Source of the DNA: an uncultured Candidatus Saccharibacteria bacterium
Lineage (GTDB): Bacteria; Patescibacteriota; Minisyncoccia; UBA6257; 2-01-FULL-56-20
Reading direction: 5' to 3'
DNA: 64,000 nt
Assembly (NCBI GenBank): GCA_964403045.1
Contig: CAYOEP010000002.1
Span: 2,452 to 66,451 of the forward strand
The notes below the pieces were generated by a model, which made no database searches, was not told where the DNA came from, and saw nothing but the letters and a program-made list of their open reading frames with translations. Shown in pieces: positions 11,738-21,629 of this stretch (the stretch's first letter is position 1; every line of letters starts with the position of its first letter). A program made the position numbers and the translations under genes.

Positions 11738-11906
11738 AAGAATAGGGTAGGATCAGCCGCAGTTTAAAAGTGTACTCCTTGAAAGAGAACCCAAGCACCT
11801 GGGTGCTTGGGCGGCCATTGTAGCAGGCGACGGAAAGAATTTCAAGTCCGTGGGCGGGTGTGGACGGTTGCGCGCGGAGGTCTTTTTTCGTACTATTGCG
11901 GTGGAT

Positions 11907-11978
11907 GCCGCCATCGTCTAACGGCCAGGACGGCTCTCTTTCAAGGAGCAAATCGGGGTTCGACTCCCCGTGGCGGCG
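11907..11978 (+). tRNA. tRNA-Glu (anticodon UUC)
   Basis: I folded the cloverleaf by hand. The acceptor stem pairs GCCGCCA with TGGCGGC. The T-arm is CGGGG-TTCGACT-CCCCG. The anticodon stem pairs GCTCT with GGAGC around loop CTTTCAA, giving anticodon TTC. The discriminator is G and no CCA is encoded. The ORF-track minus-strand ORF over this region is spurious. Confidence 0.7.
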
Positions 11979-12049
11979 CAAAGCAATATTGGGTTTACAC
12001 ATTCTCGCAGTGCCTCGCAGGCAGATATGATATGATGAAGGGGTACACT

Positions 12050-12775
12050 ATGCGGCGGAAGCTCCTTGTTGCCAACTGGAAGTTATATGTCTCTTCTCCT
12101 GCAGAGGCCCAGCGCCTTGCACAGGACTCAAATGTAGCAGGCGTAGTGCTTTGTCCGCCGTTTCCTTTTCTGTCACTTGTTGCCGGCGCCGCGCCGCGTG
12201 CGGCACTTGGAGCTCAGGATGTTTTTTGGGAACAGGAAGGTGCTTACACAGGAGAAGTTTCAGGAGTGATGCTGCGAAGGATAGGGGTGCGGTATGTGGT
12301 TGTGGGGCATTCCGAGCGTCGGGCACTTTTTGCAGAAGATGACCGGGTGGTGCGGAAAAAGCTCGCCGCTGCACTTGCCGCAAAGCTTGCGCCTATTCTC
12401 TGTGTTGGTGAGCCGAAGAAAGTGTGGCGCAGAGGGATGCTTGCGTCATGGAAGTTTGTGCGGGCGCAGCTTGCTCGTGCACTGCGAGGCCTCCCTTTGG
12501 CTCGGAAAGGATTGTTGGTTGCCTACGAGCCGATTTGGGCAATTGGGGGCAAAGGGAGCGACGATCCTTCGCGGAGCGCGGAGATGGCGAAACGTATCAT
12601 GCGCACGTTTCCCCAAGTTACAAGGGTGCTCTATGGCGGCTCCATTACTTCTCGGAATGTGCGTGCATTTCTTGCCAGAGAAGAAATTGGCGGCGCGCTT
12701 GTGGGCGGTGCGAGCGCACGCTCTGCTGAGTGGCGGCGCATTCTTGCGCAGGTGGGGAAAGTGGGGGGGTCTTGA
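12050..12775 (+). CDS. tpiA: Triosephosphate isomerase
   Basis: N-W-K (VANWKL), GHSERR and AYEPIWAIG motifs are all present. ATG 12050 has GAAGGGG 7 nt upstream. An alternative start lies at 12032. Confidence 0.9.
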   Translation: MRRKLLVANWKLYVSSPAEAQRLAQDSNVAGVVLCPPFPFLSLVAGAAPRAALGAQDVFWEQEGAYTGEVSGVMLRRIGVRYVVVGHSERRALFAEDDRVVRKKLAAALAAKLAPILCVGEPKKVWRRGMLASWKFVRAQLARALRGLPLARKGLLVAYEPIWAIGGKGSDDPSRSAEMAKRIMRTFPQVTRVLYGGSITSRNVRAFLAREEIGGALVGGASARSAEWRRILAQVGKVGGS

Positions 12776-12872
12776 TTTTTTTACTGCAGTATGCTATGAT
12801 GCGTGGCGAATGAGTGCGAATATTTCTTAGCGGCGACGTCGACCAAGAAATATTCCCTCCGCTCTGTTTGGT

Positions 12873-12903
12873 CCAGCCCCCCCTCGCGGGGGCTGGATTT
12901 TTG
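12873..12903 (+). terminator. Intrinsic terminator after tpiA
   Basis: CCAGCCCCC-ctcg-CGGGGGCTGG followed by ATTTTTGTTG. Confidence 0.7.
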
Positions 12904-12945
12904 TTGCCCCCCACCTCTCTTCGGGGTATACTTTTTGCGTGCGAG

Positions 12946-13032
12946 GGGCGCTTCCGAGCGGCTGCGAGGAGAGCACTCATTCAGCAAACAGAGCAATGGA
13001 GGTCACCACTCGCAGCCGCTCGGAAGCGCCCT
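12946..13032. repeat. 23-bp perfect inverted repeat (GGGCGCTTCCGAGCGGCTGCGAG and its complement) enclosing a ~42-nt loop, 50 nt upstream of murB
   Basis: Both arms were read directly: 12946-12968 and 13010-13032. A TATACT -10-like hexamer lies just upstream at about 12927. Confidence 0.8.
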
Positions 13033-13079
13033 TTCCCCCCACAGGGAATGGGCGAGAGAAAAGGTAATGAACTTGGGTT

Positions 13080-14009
13080 ATGCAGTTTCAGGAATTTATC
13101 CCTCTTTCCCGGTATAGCAGCTTCCGCACGGGAGGGGCGGCACGCTACTTTTTTGCGCCGCGCGACGAGGCAGAGTTGCGCGACGCAGTTGCGTTTTGGG
13201 GCGACAGGCCGCTTTTTGTATTGGGCGGCGGCACCAATGTGATCTTCCACGAGGAGGGATTTCAGGGACTTGTGCTCCATCTTGCGGAACGGCGGATTGA
13301 AGTGGAGGGCGACAAGGTTATCGTTACTGCGGGCACGGAAATGCAGGAATTACTCACCCGCCTCGCGGATGAGGGTCTCTCGGGACTCGAATGGGCGGGA
13401 GGACTTCCTGGGACTGTAGGCGGCGCGGTGCGGGGCAACGCGGGCGCGTTTGGCGGCGAGATGAAGGATGTAGTACGGGAGGTGCGTAGCTTTGACCGTA
13501 CGAGTGGCTGTGAAAGGGTGCGTTCCGCCGATGCGTGTCAGTTCCGCTATCGATCGAGCATTTTCAAACACCTCGGAAGCAGGGAAATTATTCTTTCTGT
13601 GGTGTTGCAGCTCCGCAAGGGAGATCCTGCCGCGATACGGAAGGCAATTCAGGAAAAAATTACTTACCGCCGCATGCGGCATCCCATGGAATATCCCAAT
13701 TCGGGAAGCATTTTCAAGAACGTGCCGCTGGAGCAGTTTCCCTCCGATACCCGCGATCGGTTCCGTGATGTTGTGAAGCATGATCCGTTCCCCGTTGTCC
13801 CCGCCGCCCATCTTATTGCCGCGGCGGGGCTTCGGGGAGTCAGCTGCGGGGGCGCGATGGTATCGCCAAAGCATCCCAACTTCATTGTGAACGTCCTCGC
13901 TGCACATCCCGAGGAAGTGCGCGCCCTTGTTGCTCTTGTGCGCGCGCAGGTGCACGAGCAGTTTGGCGTGATGTTGGAGCCGGAAGTGTTGTTTCTCCCG
14001 CCGCAATAA
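13080..14009 (+). CDS. murB: UDP-N-acetylenolpyruvoylglucosamine reductase
   Basis: It has the FAD-binding N-terminus (RTGGAARYF, GGGTNVIF) and a C-terminal SGSIFKN motif. Confidence 0.85.
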   Translation: MQFQEFIPLSRYSSFRTGGAARYFFAPRDEAELRDAVAFWGDRPLFVLGGGTNVIFHEEGFQGLVLHLAERRIEVEGDKVIVTAGTEMQELLTRLADEGLSGLEWAGGLPGTVGGAVRGNAGAFGGEMKDVVREVRSFDRTSGCERVRSADACQFRYRSSIFKHLGSREIILSVVLQLRKGDPAAIRKAIQEKITYRRMRHPMEYPNSGSIFKNVPLEQFPSDTRDRFRDVVKHDPFPVVPAAHLIAAAGLRGVSCGGAMVSPKHPNFIVNVLAAHPEEVRALVALVRAQVHEQFGVMLEPEVLFLPPQ

Positions 14010-14160
14010 TGAAGTTATCCACACAGCCGGGCTGTTTTTTGTGCGCTTGGATGCTACTATATACAAGAGATAAGTTTTGTAAGTGGGTAGCGGCAAGGTT
14101 TTACACATTTCCCTTGCGCTCATTTTCAAAGGTTCGCAACTTTAAAAAAGTGAGATTTTT

Positions 14161-14421
14161 ATGAGGAAGAAGAGAACGACGACGCGCAGGAAAAGTGCGG
14201 CGACGCGTACGGCGAAAAGAAAGGCAACAGCAAGGAAAAAGACCGCGAAGAAGGCTGCAAGAAAACCGGCGAAGCGGAAAGCGACGCGGCGAACGGCAAC
14301 TCGAAAGAAAACCGCACGCAAAACTACAAGAAAAAGAACAGCACGAAAGACCGCGAAGAAGGCTGCAAAGAAAAGAACTACCAGAAAGCGAACAACGACG
14401 CGCAGGAAACGAAGAAAGTAA
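14161..14421 (+). CDS. Histone H1-like / Hc1-like lysine- and arginine-rich DNA-binding protein
   Basis: It is 86 aa of repeating AKRKATARKKTAKKAARK units. The minus-strand ORFs over it are low-complexity artefacts. Confidence 0.6.
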   Translation: MRKKRTTTRRKSAATRTAKRKATARKKTAKKAARKPAKRKATRRTATRKKTARKTTRKRTARKTAKKAAKKRTTRKRTTTRRKRRK

Positions 14422-14430
14422 TTTTCTCCA

Positions 14431-14453
14431 ACGCCCCTCTTCGAGAGGGGCGT
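14431..14453 (+). terminator. Stem-loop after the Hc1-like gene (weak U-tract)
   Basis: ACGCCCCTCT-tcg-AGAGGGGCGT is a 10-bp stem. Only a TTGTGGTT run follows it. Confidence 0.4.
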
Positions 14454-14498
14454 TGTGGTTGACCACACTCTCTCCTTCGCGTTAAATTAAGAAAAGCA

Positions 14499-14825
14499 AT
14501 GGATTTGCAATTGCATGGCAAAGGGCTTGAAATAACGCCGAGCGTACAGGAGTACGCGAGAAAAAAACTTGCCTTTCTCCGCAGGATTGTTCCGCCGGAA
14601 GAATATGCCGCACTCAAAGTGCAGTTGGGTGTCGCGCGCACGACACGCCATCACTATAAGGGTTGTGTGTACCGGATTTCACTTAAGGTACAAGCGGGAC
14701 GGGGGGTGTGGCATGCGGCTGTTCCCGCAGCAAATGTACGGGAAGGCATCGATAAAGCAAAAGATCTTCTCAAGCGAAGGATTGTCACCGGGAAAGAAGA
14801 ACTTCGGGCGCGCAGGCGGGCGTAG
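14499..14825 (+). CDS. hpf: Ribosome hibernation promoting factor (short HPF/RaiA)
   Basis: The MDLQLHGKGLEITPSVQEYARKKL pattern is typical of the sigma54-modulation protein / HPF family. Confidence 0.85.
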   Translation: MDLQLHGKGLEITPSVQEYARKKLAFLRRIVPPEEYAALKVQLGVARTTRHHYKGCVYRISLKVQAGRGVWHAAVPAANVREGIDKAKDLLKRRIVTGKEELRARRRA

Positions 14826-14870
14826 AAGCTTGCCACCTGACCTTTCGCACGCGCACACTCGCGTCCTTCG

Positions 14871-17504
14871 TTGCGTTGGCGCGCAGTAAGGGAAAAAATG
14901 CTTTCATTTCTTAAGAATTTTTCAGAACAACGAGTGCTCAAGAGGCTCCGACGTGAAGTTGCAAAGATTAATGCTTTGGAGCAGCACTATGTTTCTCTGC
15001 AAGATGCAGAGCTCCGCACTGCTGCCGCGCGTTTACAAGAAGAGGCACGCGGGGGGCAGTCGCTTGACGCACTGCTGCCGCGCGCCTTTGCGCTTGTGCG
15101 GGAAGTTGCGCGGCGTACTCTTCATCAGCGCCCTTTCGATGTACAGTTGATGGGTGGAATTGTTCTGCACCGTGGCGGAGTTGCGGAAATGGTGACGGGC
15201 GAGGGGAAGACGCTTGCGGCGGTTGCGCCCGCATATCTCAATGCTTTGCCGGGGAAGGGGGTGCATGTGGTAACAGTCAATGAATATCTTGCCCGCCGCG
15301 ACGCGGTATGGATGGGGCAAATTTACCACTTCCTTGGCCTTCGGGTTGCCTGCCTTGTTCCCAATGGAGCATTTCTCTACGATCCTGAGTGGAAAATTTC
15401 CCAAGAAGACCGTGAAGAATTGGATGCGGATCGGGATGCGAAAGGGAGTTTTCTTGTGCATCACGAGTATCTCCGTCCGGTAAGCAGGCGTGAAGCATAC
15501 CGTGCGGATGTAGTATATGGAACCAACCATGAATTTGGGTTCGATTATTTAAGGGACAATCTTGCGCATACGATCGATGCGCAAGTGCAGCGTGGTCATT
15601 TCTATGCCATCGTGGATGAGGTGGATAGTATTCTCATTGATGAGGCACGCACGCCGCTTATTATCTCTGCTCCTGATAAGGAATCGAGTAGTTTCTACAA
15701 AACGTTTGCCCGGGTGGTTGCCAAGCTGGTGCCGGAAAGAGATTACCTCGTGGACGAGAAGCTGCGTTCGGTAAGCATCACCCCCGAGGGCATTGCGAAA
15801 GTGGAGCGCATGGTGGGCATCCAGAATCTCTACGCGCCAGAAAATATGCAGCTTGTGCATTATCTCGAAGAGAGTCTCAAGGCTCGCGCGCTCTTTCGTC
15901 GCGACAGGGATTATGTAGTCAAGGATGGCGAAGTAATTATTGTGGATGAATTTACAGGGCGCCTTCTCCGCGGTCGCCGCTACAGTGGGGGGCTGCATCA
16001 GGCAATTGAGGCGAAGGAGGGAGTGAAGATACAGGAAGAATCCCGTACGCTCGCCAAAATTTCTATTCAGAACTATTTCCGCCTTTACCAAAAGTTGGCG
16101 GGAATGACAGGCACGGCGCAGACGTCCGCAGAGGAATTCTATAAGGTATATGGGCTGGAAGTGGTAAGTATCCCTACAAACAAGCCGCTTATCCGTCGCG
16201 ACCTTCCTGACGTTATTTACAAAACGTTTGATGCAAAACTTCGGGCGATTACTGAGGATGTTGCTCGTCGCCACCGAAAGGGACAACCAGTACTGGTGGG
16301 AACTGTTTCTATCGAAAAGAACGAAATTGTTTCTTCCTACTTTCGCCGCGCGGGCATTCCCCATGAAGTCTTGAACGCAAAAAATAATGAGCGTGAGGGC
16401 GCGATTATCGCGCAGGCAGGGAAGCTTGGCGCAGTGACGGTAGCAACTAATATGGCGGGGCGCGGGGTCGACATCATTCTTGGCGGCAATCCTCCGGATC
16501 CCCACGAAGCAGAGAAAGTGCGCGCGCTTGGGGGGCTGCATGTAATTGGTACTGAGCGTCATGAGGCGAGGCGCATTGACGACCAGCTCCGCGGCCGCGC
16601 CGGGCGTCAGGGAGACCCAGGATCAAGCCAGTTTTTTCTTTCTCTTGAAGATGACCTTCTACGCATTTTTGGTGGTGACAAGGTGAAGCGGATGATGGAA
16701 ACACTCCGCATTCCTGAGGACCAGCCGATTGAACTTGGCATTGTCTCCCGTGCGGTTGCACAGGCGCAGGCAAAGGTGGAAGGGGCAAATTTTGATCTGC
16801 GCAAGCACCTCTTGGAATACGATGACGTATTGAACAAGCAGCGCATGGCAGTTTACCAAGAACGGCAGAAAATTTTGCAGGCTTCCCAGGGCACACCCTT
16901 GGCGGAATTCCTCTCCCACATCTGCATGCGCTATCTGGAAAAAATGGCGCGCGAATTTTTTGGCCCGCATGGCGGCGAATTGGACGAAGCACAATTCAGT
17001 CGCTTAGAAAAGGTATTCCGCGAGGCGGGCATTGTGACTCCCACTGCGCCGTTCCCTCGATTTTCCGAAGCAACCTCTTCTCGGGAGGGGCTCCTTGCCG
17101 CACTCCGCGATCTTCTTAAGAAGAGGAGCGAGGAAATTGCATCCTTCCCCGCGCTCGCAAGCCGGTTGCTTTCTCTTCTCGATCTCCTTTGGATGCACCA
17201 CCTTGAGGCACTAGAGGCGTTGAGTGAATCAGTGCGCCTCCGCGCCTATGGCCAGAAGGATCCGCTGGTTGAATATAAAAGGGAAGCGCACCTCCTCTAC
17301 CAGGAATTTTGGCTCAAGTTCCAAGAGTGGGTTTTCTACAACATATTCCGTATTTCGTTTGACAATGCTGCGACGCAGCCATCCCACCTTGCCCCGCGCG
17401 TTGCTACTGTTGCGGGGGGCGACAAAGGGAAAATAGGGCGCAACGAGCCCTGCCCGTGTGGATCGGGAAAGAAATACAAAAAGTGCCATGGACGCAGTGT
17501 CTGA
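14871..17504 (+). CDS. secA: Preprotein translocase subunit SecA
   Basis: DEAD-like motor motifs are present ([27 protein letters not shown]). The C-terminal zinc-binding [14 protein letters not shown] is present. The SD is AAGGGA. Confidence 0.95.
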   Translation: MRWRAVREKMLSFLKNFSEQRVLKRLRREVAKINALEQHYVSLQDAELRTAAARLQEEARGGQSLDALLPRAFALVREVARRTLHQRPFDVQLMGGIVLHRGGVAEMVTGEGKTLAAVAPAYLNALPGKGVHVVTVNEYLARRDAVWMGQIYHFLGLRVACLVPNGAFLYDPEWKISQEDREELDADRDAKGSFLVHHEYLRPVSRREAYRADVVYGTNHEFGFDYLRDNLAHTIDAQVQRGHFYAIVDEVDSILIDEARTPLIISAPDKESSSFYKTFARVVAKLVPERDYLVDEKLRSVSITPEGIAKVERMVGIQNLYAPENMQLVHYLEESLKARALFRRDRDYVVKDGEVIIVDEFTGRLLRGRRYSGGLHQAIEAKEGVKIQEESRTLAKISIQNYFRLYQKLAGMTGTAQTSAEEFYKVYGLEVVSIPTNKPLIRRDLPDVIYKTFDAKLRAITEDVARRHRKGQPVLVGTVSIEKNEIVSSYFRRAGIPHEVLNAKNNEREGAIIAQAGKLGAVTVATNMAGRGVDIILGGNPPDPHEAEKVRALGGLHVIGTERHEARRIDDQLRGRAGRQGDPGSSQFFLSLEDDLLRIFGGDKVKRMMETLRIPEDQPIELGIVSRAVAQAQAKVEGANFDLRKHLLEYDDVLNKQRMAVYQERQKILQASQGTPLAEFLSHICMRYLEKMAREFFGPHGGELDEAQFSRLEKVFREAGIVTPTAPFPRFSEATSSREGLLAALRDLLKKRSEEIASFPALASRLLSLLDLLWMHHLEALEALSESVRLRAYGQKDPLVEYKREAHLLYQEFWLKFQEWVFYNIFRISFDNAATQPSHLAPRVATVAGGDKGKIGRNEPCPCGSGKKYKKCHGRSV

Positions 17505-18498
17505 GATATTTCGGGAAATGTTCTTCTCGCCACGAATATGGAAGAAAGCGGTTCTCTCCTTGGGGCTCTTGCTGCTTGTCGCCGCAATTCTTTTCAATCT
17601 GTATTTACTGTTCCTTTTTAGCGCGCCCCAGAAGAGTGCTCCTGTGGAAGAATTTACTGTGCCTCGGGGAGCTTCTGTCGCCGAAGTGTCCCAACTTCTT
17701 TGGCGGAACGGTATTATCAGGAGTCCTTGGGCATTTGCGGTAGCTTTGGGAGGGAAGACTATCCGCGCCGGGGGCTATTACCTCTCCAAGGCAATGAATG
17801 CGTGGGAGGTTGCAGCTACGCTCGCAGGAGACCCTTTCTTTCTGTGGGTGGTCGTTCCTGAAGGGCTCCGCAAAGAAGAAATTGCCGACATCTTTGCCGA
17901 AAAACTTGGCTGGAGCGAGGAGGAGCGACGCGCGTTCCTCTCTGCGCCTGAGGGAGAGGAAGGAATACTCAATGACGGGATGTACTTTCCAGATACCTAT
18001 CTTGTGCCAAAAGATGTGAAGGGAAAAGAAATGGCACAACGGATGTTTCGCCACTTCAATGAGGTTTTTTCGCCGCTCGCGAAAGAATTTTTACAAAAAA
18101 ACATTAAGTGGGATACCGCACTCACGCTCGCATCGCTGGTCCAGCGAGAAGCATCGCGGCGTGATATGGCGCTTGTGGCGGGTATTTTGTGGAATCGCCT
18201 CTTACGGGGAATGCGTCTGGAAGTGGATGCCACGGTACAGTATGCAAGAGGGAAAACTAAGAAAGGATGGTGGGCTCCTATTACAAAAGAAGATAAGCAA
18301 ATTGATTCTCCCTATAACACTTATCTCCACTACGGCCTCCCGCCAGCTCCTATTGCAAATCCGGGACGCCGCGCAATCGAGGCAGTTTTACGCCCTGCGG
18401 CAACAAAGTGTCTCTATTACCTCCACCGCGACAGCCGTATTTATTGCGCCGAGACCTACGAGGAACATCTGCGAAATATAAGGCGCGTTCTCCGGTGA
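17488..18498 (+). CDS. mltG: Endolytic murein transglycosylase MltG (YceG family)
   Basis: An N-terminal TM is followed by [11 protein letters not shown]...AGILWNRL...VDATVQYA, matching YceG. The start was taken at the second ATG (MDAVSE). It overlaps the secA end. Confidence 0.8.
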   Translation: MDAVSEIFREMFFSPRIWKKAVLSLGLLLLVAAILFNLYLLFLFSAPQKSAPVEEFTVPRGASVAEVSQLLWRNGIIRSPWAFAVALGGKTIRAGGYYLSKAMNAWEVAATLAGDPFFLWVVVPEGLRKEEIADIFAEKLGWSEEERRAFLSAPEGEEGILNDGMYFPDTYLVPKDVKGKEMAQRMFRHFNEVFSPLAKEFLQKNIKWDTALTLASLVQREASRRDMALVAGILWNRLLRGMRLEVDATVQYARGKTKKGWWAPITKEDKQIDSPYNTYLHYGLPPAPIANPGRRAIEAVLRPAATKCLYYLHRDSRIYCAETYEEHLRNIRRVLR

Positions 18499-18551
18499 AG
18501 TATTGAGAGTAGCCGTCGCCCCCCTGCACGAGATTCTGTACACCTGCGCAC

Positions 18552-18616
18552 AAAAAAAAGAAAAAAAGAAAAAAAGAAAAAAAGAAAAGAAAAGAAAAGA
18601 AAAGAAAAGAAAAAAG
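18552..18616. repeat. Simple-sequence repeat: (A7-8G)x4 followed by (A4G)x6
   Basis: Read directly. It is flanked by a short inverted repeat (TGTACACC / GGTGTACA) and C-runs. It is intergenic between mltG and the hydrolase gene. Confidence 0.9.
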
Positions 18617-18764
18617 GGAGGGCATTCAAGGTGTACAGCCTTGCGCCCCCCCTTTTGCGGACAAGATTGGTTTTCAAAATGAGGAACTATGAGGAAGCAT
18701 AACTGTGTTCCTATGGATCCGTCAAGGTGGAGGCTGTGGATTTCTCTTTGCGCGCGTGGGGGAA

Positions 18765-19560
18765 CATGGTATATATGAGTGAGATGGAAGGGAGAAAGGT
18801 ACTTTTGGTAGTTATCGCCGCGGTGGGCCTTGGGGCGCTGGTGGTGGCTGCATTATTCTTTTTCCCCTTCTTTTCCCAAACAGTCGAAGATTTACAGCGA
18901 ACTTCAAAGGAGATGAACCATATTACACTTACTACTGAAGATAACGTCCGTATTTCGGCGGACTACTATCCAGCTTCGGGATCACAAGGAGCATTGCTGC
19001 TCCACATGATGCCTGCCACAAAGGAATCTTGGAGGGGATTTGCGGCGAAACTGCAGCGCCTTGGCGTGAAGGTGCTTGCCATCGATTTGCGCGGCCATGG
19101 CCAATCAGAAGGGGGGCCTGACGGATTTCGATCATTTTCTGATGTTCAGCACCAGGAAAGCATTGCTGACGTGGCAGCAGGTGCGCGCTATCTTGCAGAA
19201 CAGGGAGTTGCAGAAAAAAACCTTAGCGTGATCGGTGCTTCCATCGGCGCGAATTTAGCCCTTTGGTATGGGGCAATGCATCCTGCAGTGTCGCGCATTG
19301 TTCTTCTCTCGCCGGGCCTCAACTATCGCGGTATCGAAACGCTCCCGCTGGCAGGAAAATTGCAGGCGTCTCAGCGGGTATTTATCGCGGCTTCGCGGGA
19401 TGACGACGGCAACGCCGATATGGCACGTCAGATTTTTGAAGCGCTTCCGGAAAATACTGCAAATCGCCTGGTTATTTATCGTGCCGCCGGGCACGGCACT
19501 TCGATGTTTGGCAAGGAGAAGCCCGATCTCGAAGAAGAAATTCTCGACTGGCTCTACTGA
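18765..19560 (+). CDS. Alpha/beta hydrolase with N-terminal signal anchor
   Basis: It has a GxSxG nucleophile elbow (GASIGAN) and a dienelactone-hydrolase-like order. The start was taken at ATG with TGGGGGA 4 nt upstream. The ORF-track start is GTG 18727. Confidence 0.7.
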
Positions 19561-19576
19561 AGCCTTGTAGGGGCAC

Positions 19577-19605
19577 TTGACATCTGCGGTATTTTATTAT
19601 AGTAT
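19577..19605 (+). promoter_or_regulatory. Sigma70-like promoter TTGACA-N17-TAGTAT, 7 nt before ATG 19613 (leaderless)
   Basis: The hexamers and spacing were read directly. The ORF-track TTG start at 19577 coincides with the -35 hexamer and is rejected. Confidence 0.55.
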
Positions 19606-19612
19606 ATCGCAC

Positions 19613-21208
19613 ATGTCACAGTGGAACTCGTTTTTTGTTCGAGCATACAGCGCAGCGATCGCAGCAGTGATTGGCGCCCCGCTTATTGCTGCAGCGGCAG
19701 GCGCTCCTTTTGTCGCTACTTTCTCGGCGACTGCGGTAAGTGTTTCGAGTGCGACGCTGCAAGGGAGCGTGAATGCGAACGGCGCGCCGACGACTGTCTG
19801 GTTTGAGTGGGGCACCTCGCCTGCTTTTGGCAATACGACTTCTCCGCAGAGTGTCGCGGCCGATCTCGCGGGGGCGCATATCACAGCGAGCCTTTTTGGG
19901 CTCCAGCCCGGCACAATTTACTACTACCGTGCAGTGGCGAGGAACGCATACGGCACGACCTATGGGAATTCACTCAGTTTTGCCACCCTGCAGGCACCGG
20001 GTGGACTGGGATCTTCACAGAGTACCGACAATGTGTTCGGAGGCGGAAGCGTGTCTTCCGCAGTTGGTGAACGTCCTGTTATCGGAAATGTGTCCTCGGA
20101 GGAAATTTCTCCTACCTCCGTGCGATTGGAAGGCTATGTAGATCCGCGCGCTGCCCAAGCACGGGTGTGGGTTGAGTATGAGCGTGGCGGCGCGGGGCCA
20201 ATACGGAGAACAGCTGCACAGTTCGTGACAAGTGGTTCACGCAGTCCCAATGTTGCCTTTGTGCTCACAGGACTTGTTCCGCATTCGTTCTATGGGTTTC
20301 GCTTGGTAGCGGAAAATGAGTTTGGAAAATCGATCGGCGGCTGGAGTGGATTTTTCACTCCTTCTCCGTATGCGGGCGCTCCTGTGCCGTCTCCAGTTAT
20401 TGCTCCGCCGCAGCAAGCGCCGCAAGGAGGCGCAACAGTTGTTGCTGCTCCTTCCCGCACAGCGACGGCACCTTCCCCGACGCGGCATACCTCACGCTCT
20501 TCCTGCACGGCATTGCGCGCTGGGCAGTTGCTTTCGCTCCAGCATTTTGTCAGCAGCAAGCATATTACGCCAGGGGATATGTTCCATTACACTCTCACCT
20601 ATACAGCGAGCTCCACTTCGCTTGCCGCGCTGACGGCGAGAGTTATCCTCCCGCAGGGTGTGAGCTATGTGGATTCCAATATTCCTCCCGTGGATGCGAA
20701 TCGGAGAGTGTTAGAATTTTCTATTGGCGATCTCGGCGCTGGCGGCGCGGGGGCGCTGGATCTCACGCTCCGCGCTTCCCCCGCGCTCCGCGCTCCAGGC
20801 TCGCTGGTATTCAACGCGGCGGTCTCCTTCCACGCGGGAGGCGAAGAGCTACAGGCGAATCAGTATCTTGCTCTCCAAAATAGTGCCGCGGAAAAGAATT
20901 CACTTTTAGCGAACGTGCTCCACATTCTTGGCGTCTCGTTGCTATGGGGGCTTGTGGGCGTGCTGATCTTAGGGATTGGGTTTTTCCTCGCGCGGCGGCG
21001 AAAACAGCGCGCCGCGCTGCGAGAGACGGTGGCAACAGATATTGCCCCTACGCCTTCTGACGGGGAGCAACAAGATGGATTTCAAAGCCTCCTGCATTTT
21101 GGGGAGGAGAACGATGAGGATACAGCAGATCGTTCTGTAGAGGAGAATCACCTTTCTCCGCCGCCTGTGGCGGAAGGAACAGCACTGGAACCGCCTGCCG
21201 CACCGTAA
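19613..21208 (+). CDS. Cell-surface protein: signal peptide, two FN3-like repeats, Pro-rich linker, conserved-repeat (DUF11-like) domain, C-terminal TM anchor and acidic tail
   Basis: The same repeat signature occurs twice (TVWFEWGTS...GTIYYYRAVARNAYG, then VWVEYERGG...YGFRLVAENEFG). The C-terminal TM is LHILGVSLLWGLVGVLILGIGFFLARRRKQ. Confidence 0.6.
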   Translation: MSQWNSFFVRAYSAAIAAVIGAPLIAAAAGAPFVATFSATAVSVSSATLQGSVNANGAPTTVWFEWGTSPAFGNTTSPQSVAADLAGAHITASLFGLQPGTIYYYRAVARNAYGTTYGNSLSFATLQAPGGLGSSQSTDNVFGGGSVSSAVGERPVIGNVSSEEISPTSVRLEGYVDPRAAQARVWVEYERGGAGPIRRTAAQFVTSGSRSPNVAFVLTGLVPHSFYGFRLVAENEFGKSIGGWSGFFTPSPYAGAPVPSPVIAPPQQAPQGGATVVAAPSRTATAPSPTRHTSRSSCTALRAGQLLSLQHFVSSKHITPGDMFHYTLTYTASSTSLAALTARVILPQGVSYVDSNIPPVDANRRVLEFSIGDLGAGGAGALDLTLRASPALRAPGSLVFNAAVSFHAGGEELQANQYLALQNSAAEKNSLLANVLHILGVSLLWGLVGVLILGIGFFLARRRKQRAALRETVATDIAPTPSDGEQQDGFQSLLHFGEENDEDTADRSVEENHLSPPPVAEGTALEPPAAP

Positions 21209-21381
21209 GGAATTTCAGCAGAGTTTTTGCCGTTGGTGTGGTATACTAAAAGGGAAGGCTCCTTTTCCGCGCCGCTGGGGTGCGCCATTACGTTGTGTCT
21301 ACCTCCTTTTGCGAAACCAGCCGCGGCGTCCCAGCGGCGCATTCTCCTCAAGGGTGTGGTGGATAGTCGCCGCACCCCCTT

Positions 21382-21615
21382 TTGCCAAGAAGAAATTATT
21401 GCTACACTATGCCTATGCTTACCCTGGAACAAATTACTTCCCTTATCAGTTTGGTTATCTCCATCGCGGTTTTGGGAGTGTTGCTGAGCCAGTGGCGTAG
21501 GATGCAGAGCGGAGGAGAGCATGACAGGAACTGGATTAAAATTCTCCTCGTTGCGGCGGTAATAGGATTTGTACTTGCGGTATTTCCTATTGTGCGGATT
21601 TTCTTTCCCTTTTAG
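21382..21615 (+). CDS. Hypothetical small 2-TM membrane protein
   Basis: Two hydrophobic helices. No family was recognised. Confidence 0.35.
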   Translation: MPRRNYCYTMPMLTLEQITSLISLVISIAVLGVLLSQWRRMQSGGEHDRNWIKILLVAAVIGFVLAVFPIVRIFFPF

Positions 21616-21629
21616 GGAACACGTGCTCC

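Noticed and set aside
11355-12002. 215-aa minus-strand ORF upstream of atpB
   Set aside because: It spans the tRNA-Glu gene and the tpiA promoter region. Its composition is R/S/P-rich and unlike a real protein, and it has no RBS. It is an artefact of an open GC-rich frame.
14101-14468. Two ~110-120-aa minus-strand ORFs antisense to the Hc1-like gene
   Set aside because: They are mirror-image low-complexity translations of the AAG/AAA/CGC repeat (F/L/R-rich nonsense). The sense-strand K/R/A/T repeat protein is the plausible product.
19577-19612. TTG start for the surface protein given in the ORF track
   Set aside because: The TTG is the first base of a perfect TTGACA -35 hexamer. With the 17-nt spacer and TAGTAT -10, this places a leaderless start at ATG 19613.
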